Source: Heterodontus francisci (lineage: Eukaryota). From it: a stretch of 64,000 nt of DNA. Shown piece by piece: positions 63,721 to 64,000 of the stretch. A program made the position numbers and the translations under genes. Under the pieces are notes generated by a model. That model was not told the origin of the DNA, did not search any database, and saw only the letters and a list, made by a program, of their open reading frames with translations. The stretch's first letter is position 1. Every line of letters begins with the position of its first letter. The DNA is taken from contig NC_090379.1 in the NCBI RefSeq assembly GCF_036365525.1, positions 75,794,513 through 75,858,512 on the forward strand, written 5' to 3'.

Positions 63721-64000
63721 AAGTTACAAACAGAATACAGCACTGCAGAACAAGTAAAATACCTATAGCATCAATTCCTCGCACCAAAACTATCTTAATC
63801 CAAATGAATTTACTGAAATAAAGCAGCAATGCAAAAAAAAACACAAGTAAATGGACATGGTATTATTTGATTTCAGTCAATTAAACTGAACAAAAAAAAA
63901 ACTATGTACCATTATAACTTTGCAGTTGAAATGAAGAAATTACCAACAATTATCTTGAGCTTATTCTCAATTCTGTTGCAACTGATCTGCGATGTTACTT

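Noticed and set aside
1-64000. CRISPR arrays, rRNA, prokaryotic operons or retron-type systems
   Set aside because: No regularly spaced repeat-spacer array or rRNA-like sequence; all RT motifs belong to eukaryotic non-LTR or Penelope retroelements.

Overview
Eukaryotic, repeat-dense, non-genic or intronic DNA. The repeat set (HE1/V-SINE, Deu-domain SINE, CR1, L2, RTE, Penelope, Harbinger) points to a cartilaginous fish, most likely a shark. I recognise no intact host protein-coding gene. Almost all long ORFs are decayed LINE ORF1/ORF2 pieces or their antisense shadows. The window holds many canonical CR1 copies, L2 remnants, two young RTE copies, a Penelope-like element plus a Penelope fragment with a minimal hammerhead ribozyme, three LTR remnants, four Harbinger-type MITEs sharing an AC-NNN-GT target, two intron-containing Harbinger Myb/SANT gene remnants, and a few unidentified candidate minus-strand exons. 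The most interesting object is a full-length 3.27-kb LINE (11921-15194, minus; second copy 40021-44509). It begins with a tRNA-derived A-box/B-box head, has no ORF1 and no in-frame AUG ahead of its APE-RT frame, and its sense strand is essentially free of TTTT runs. This suggests an autonomous LINE transcribed by RNA polymerase III. Family names are from recall of consensus motifs, not database searches, and boundaries of old elements are approximate.
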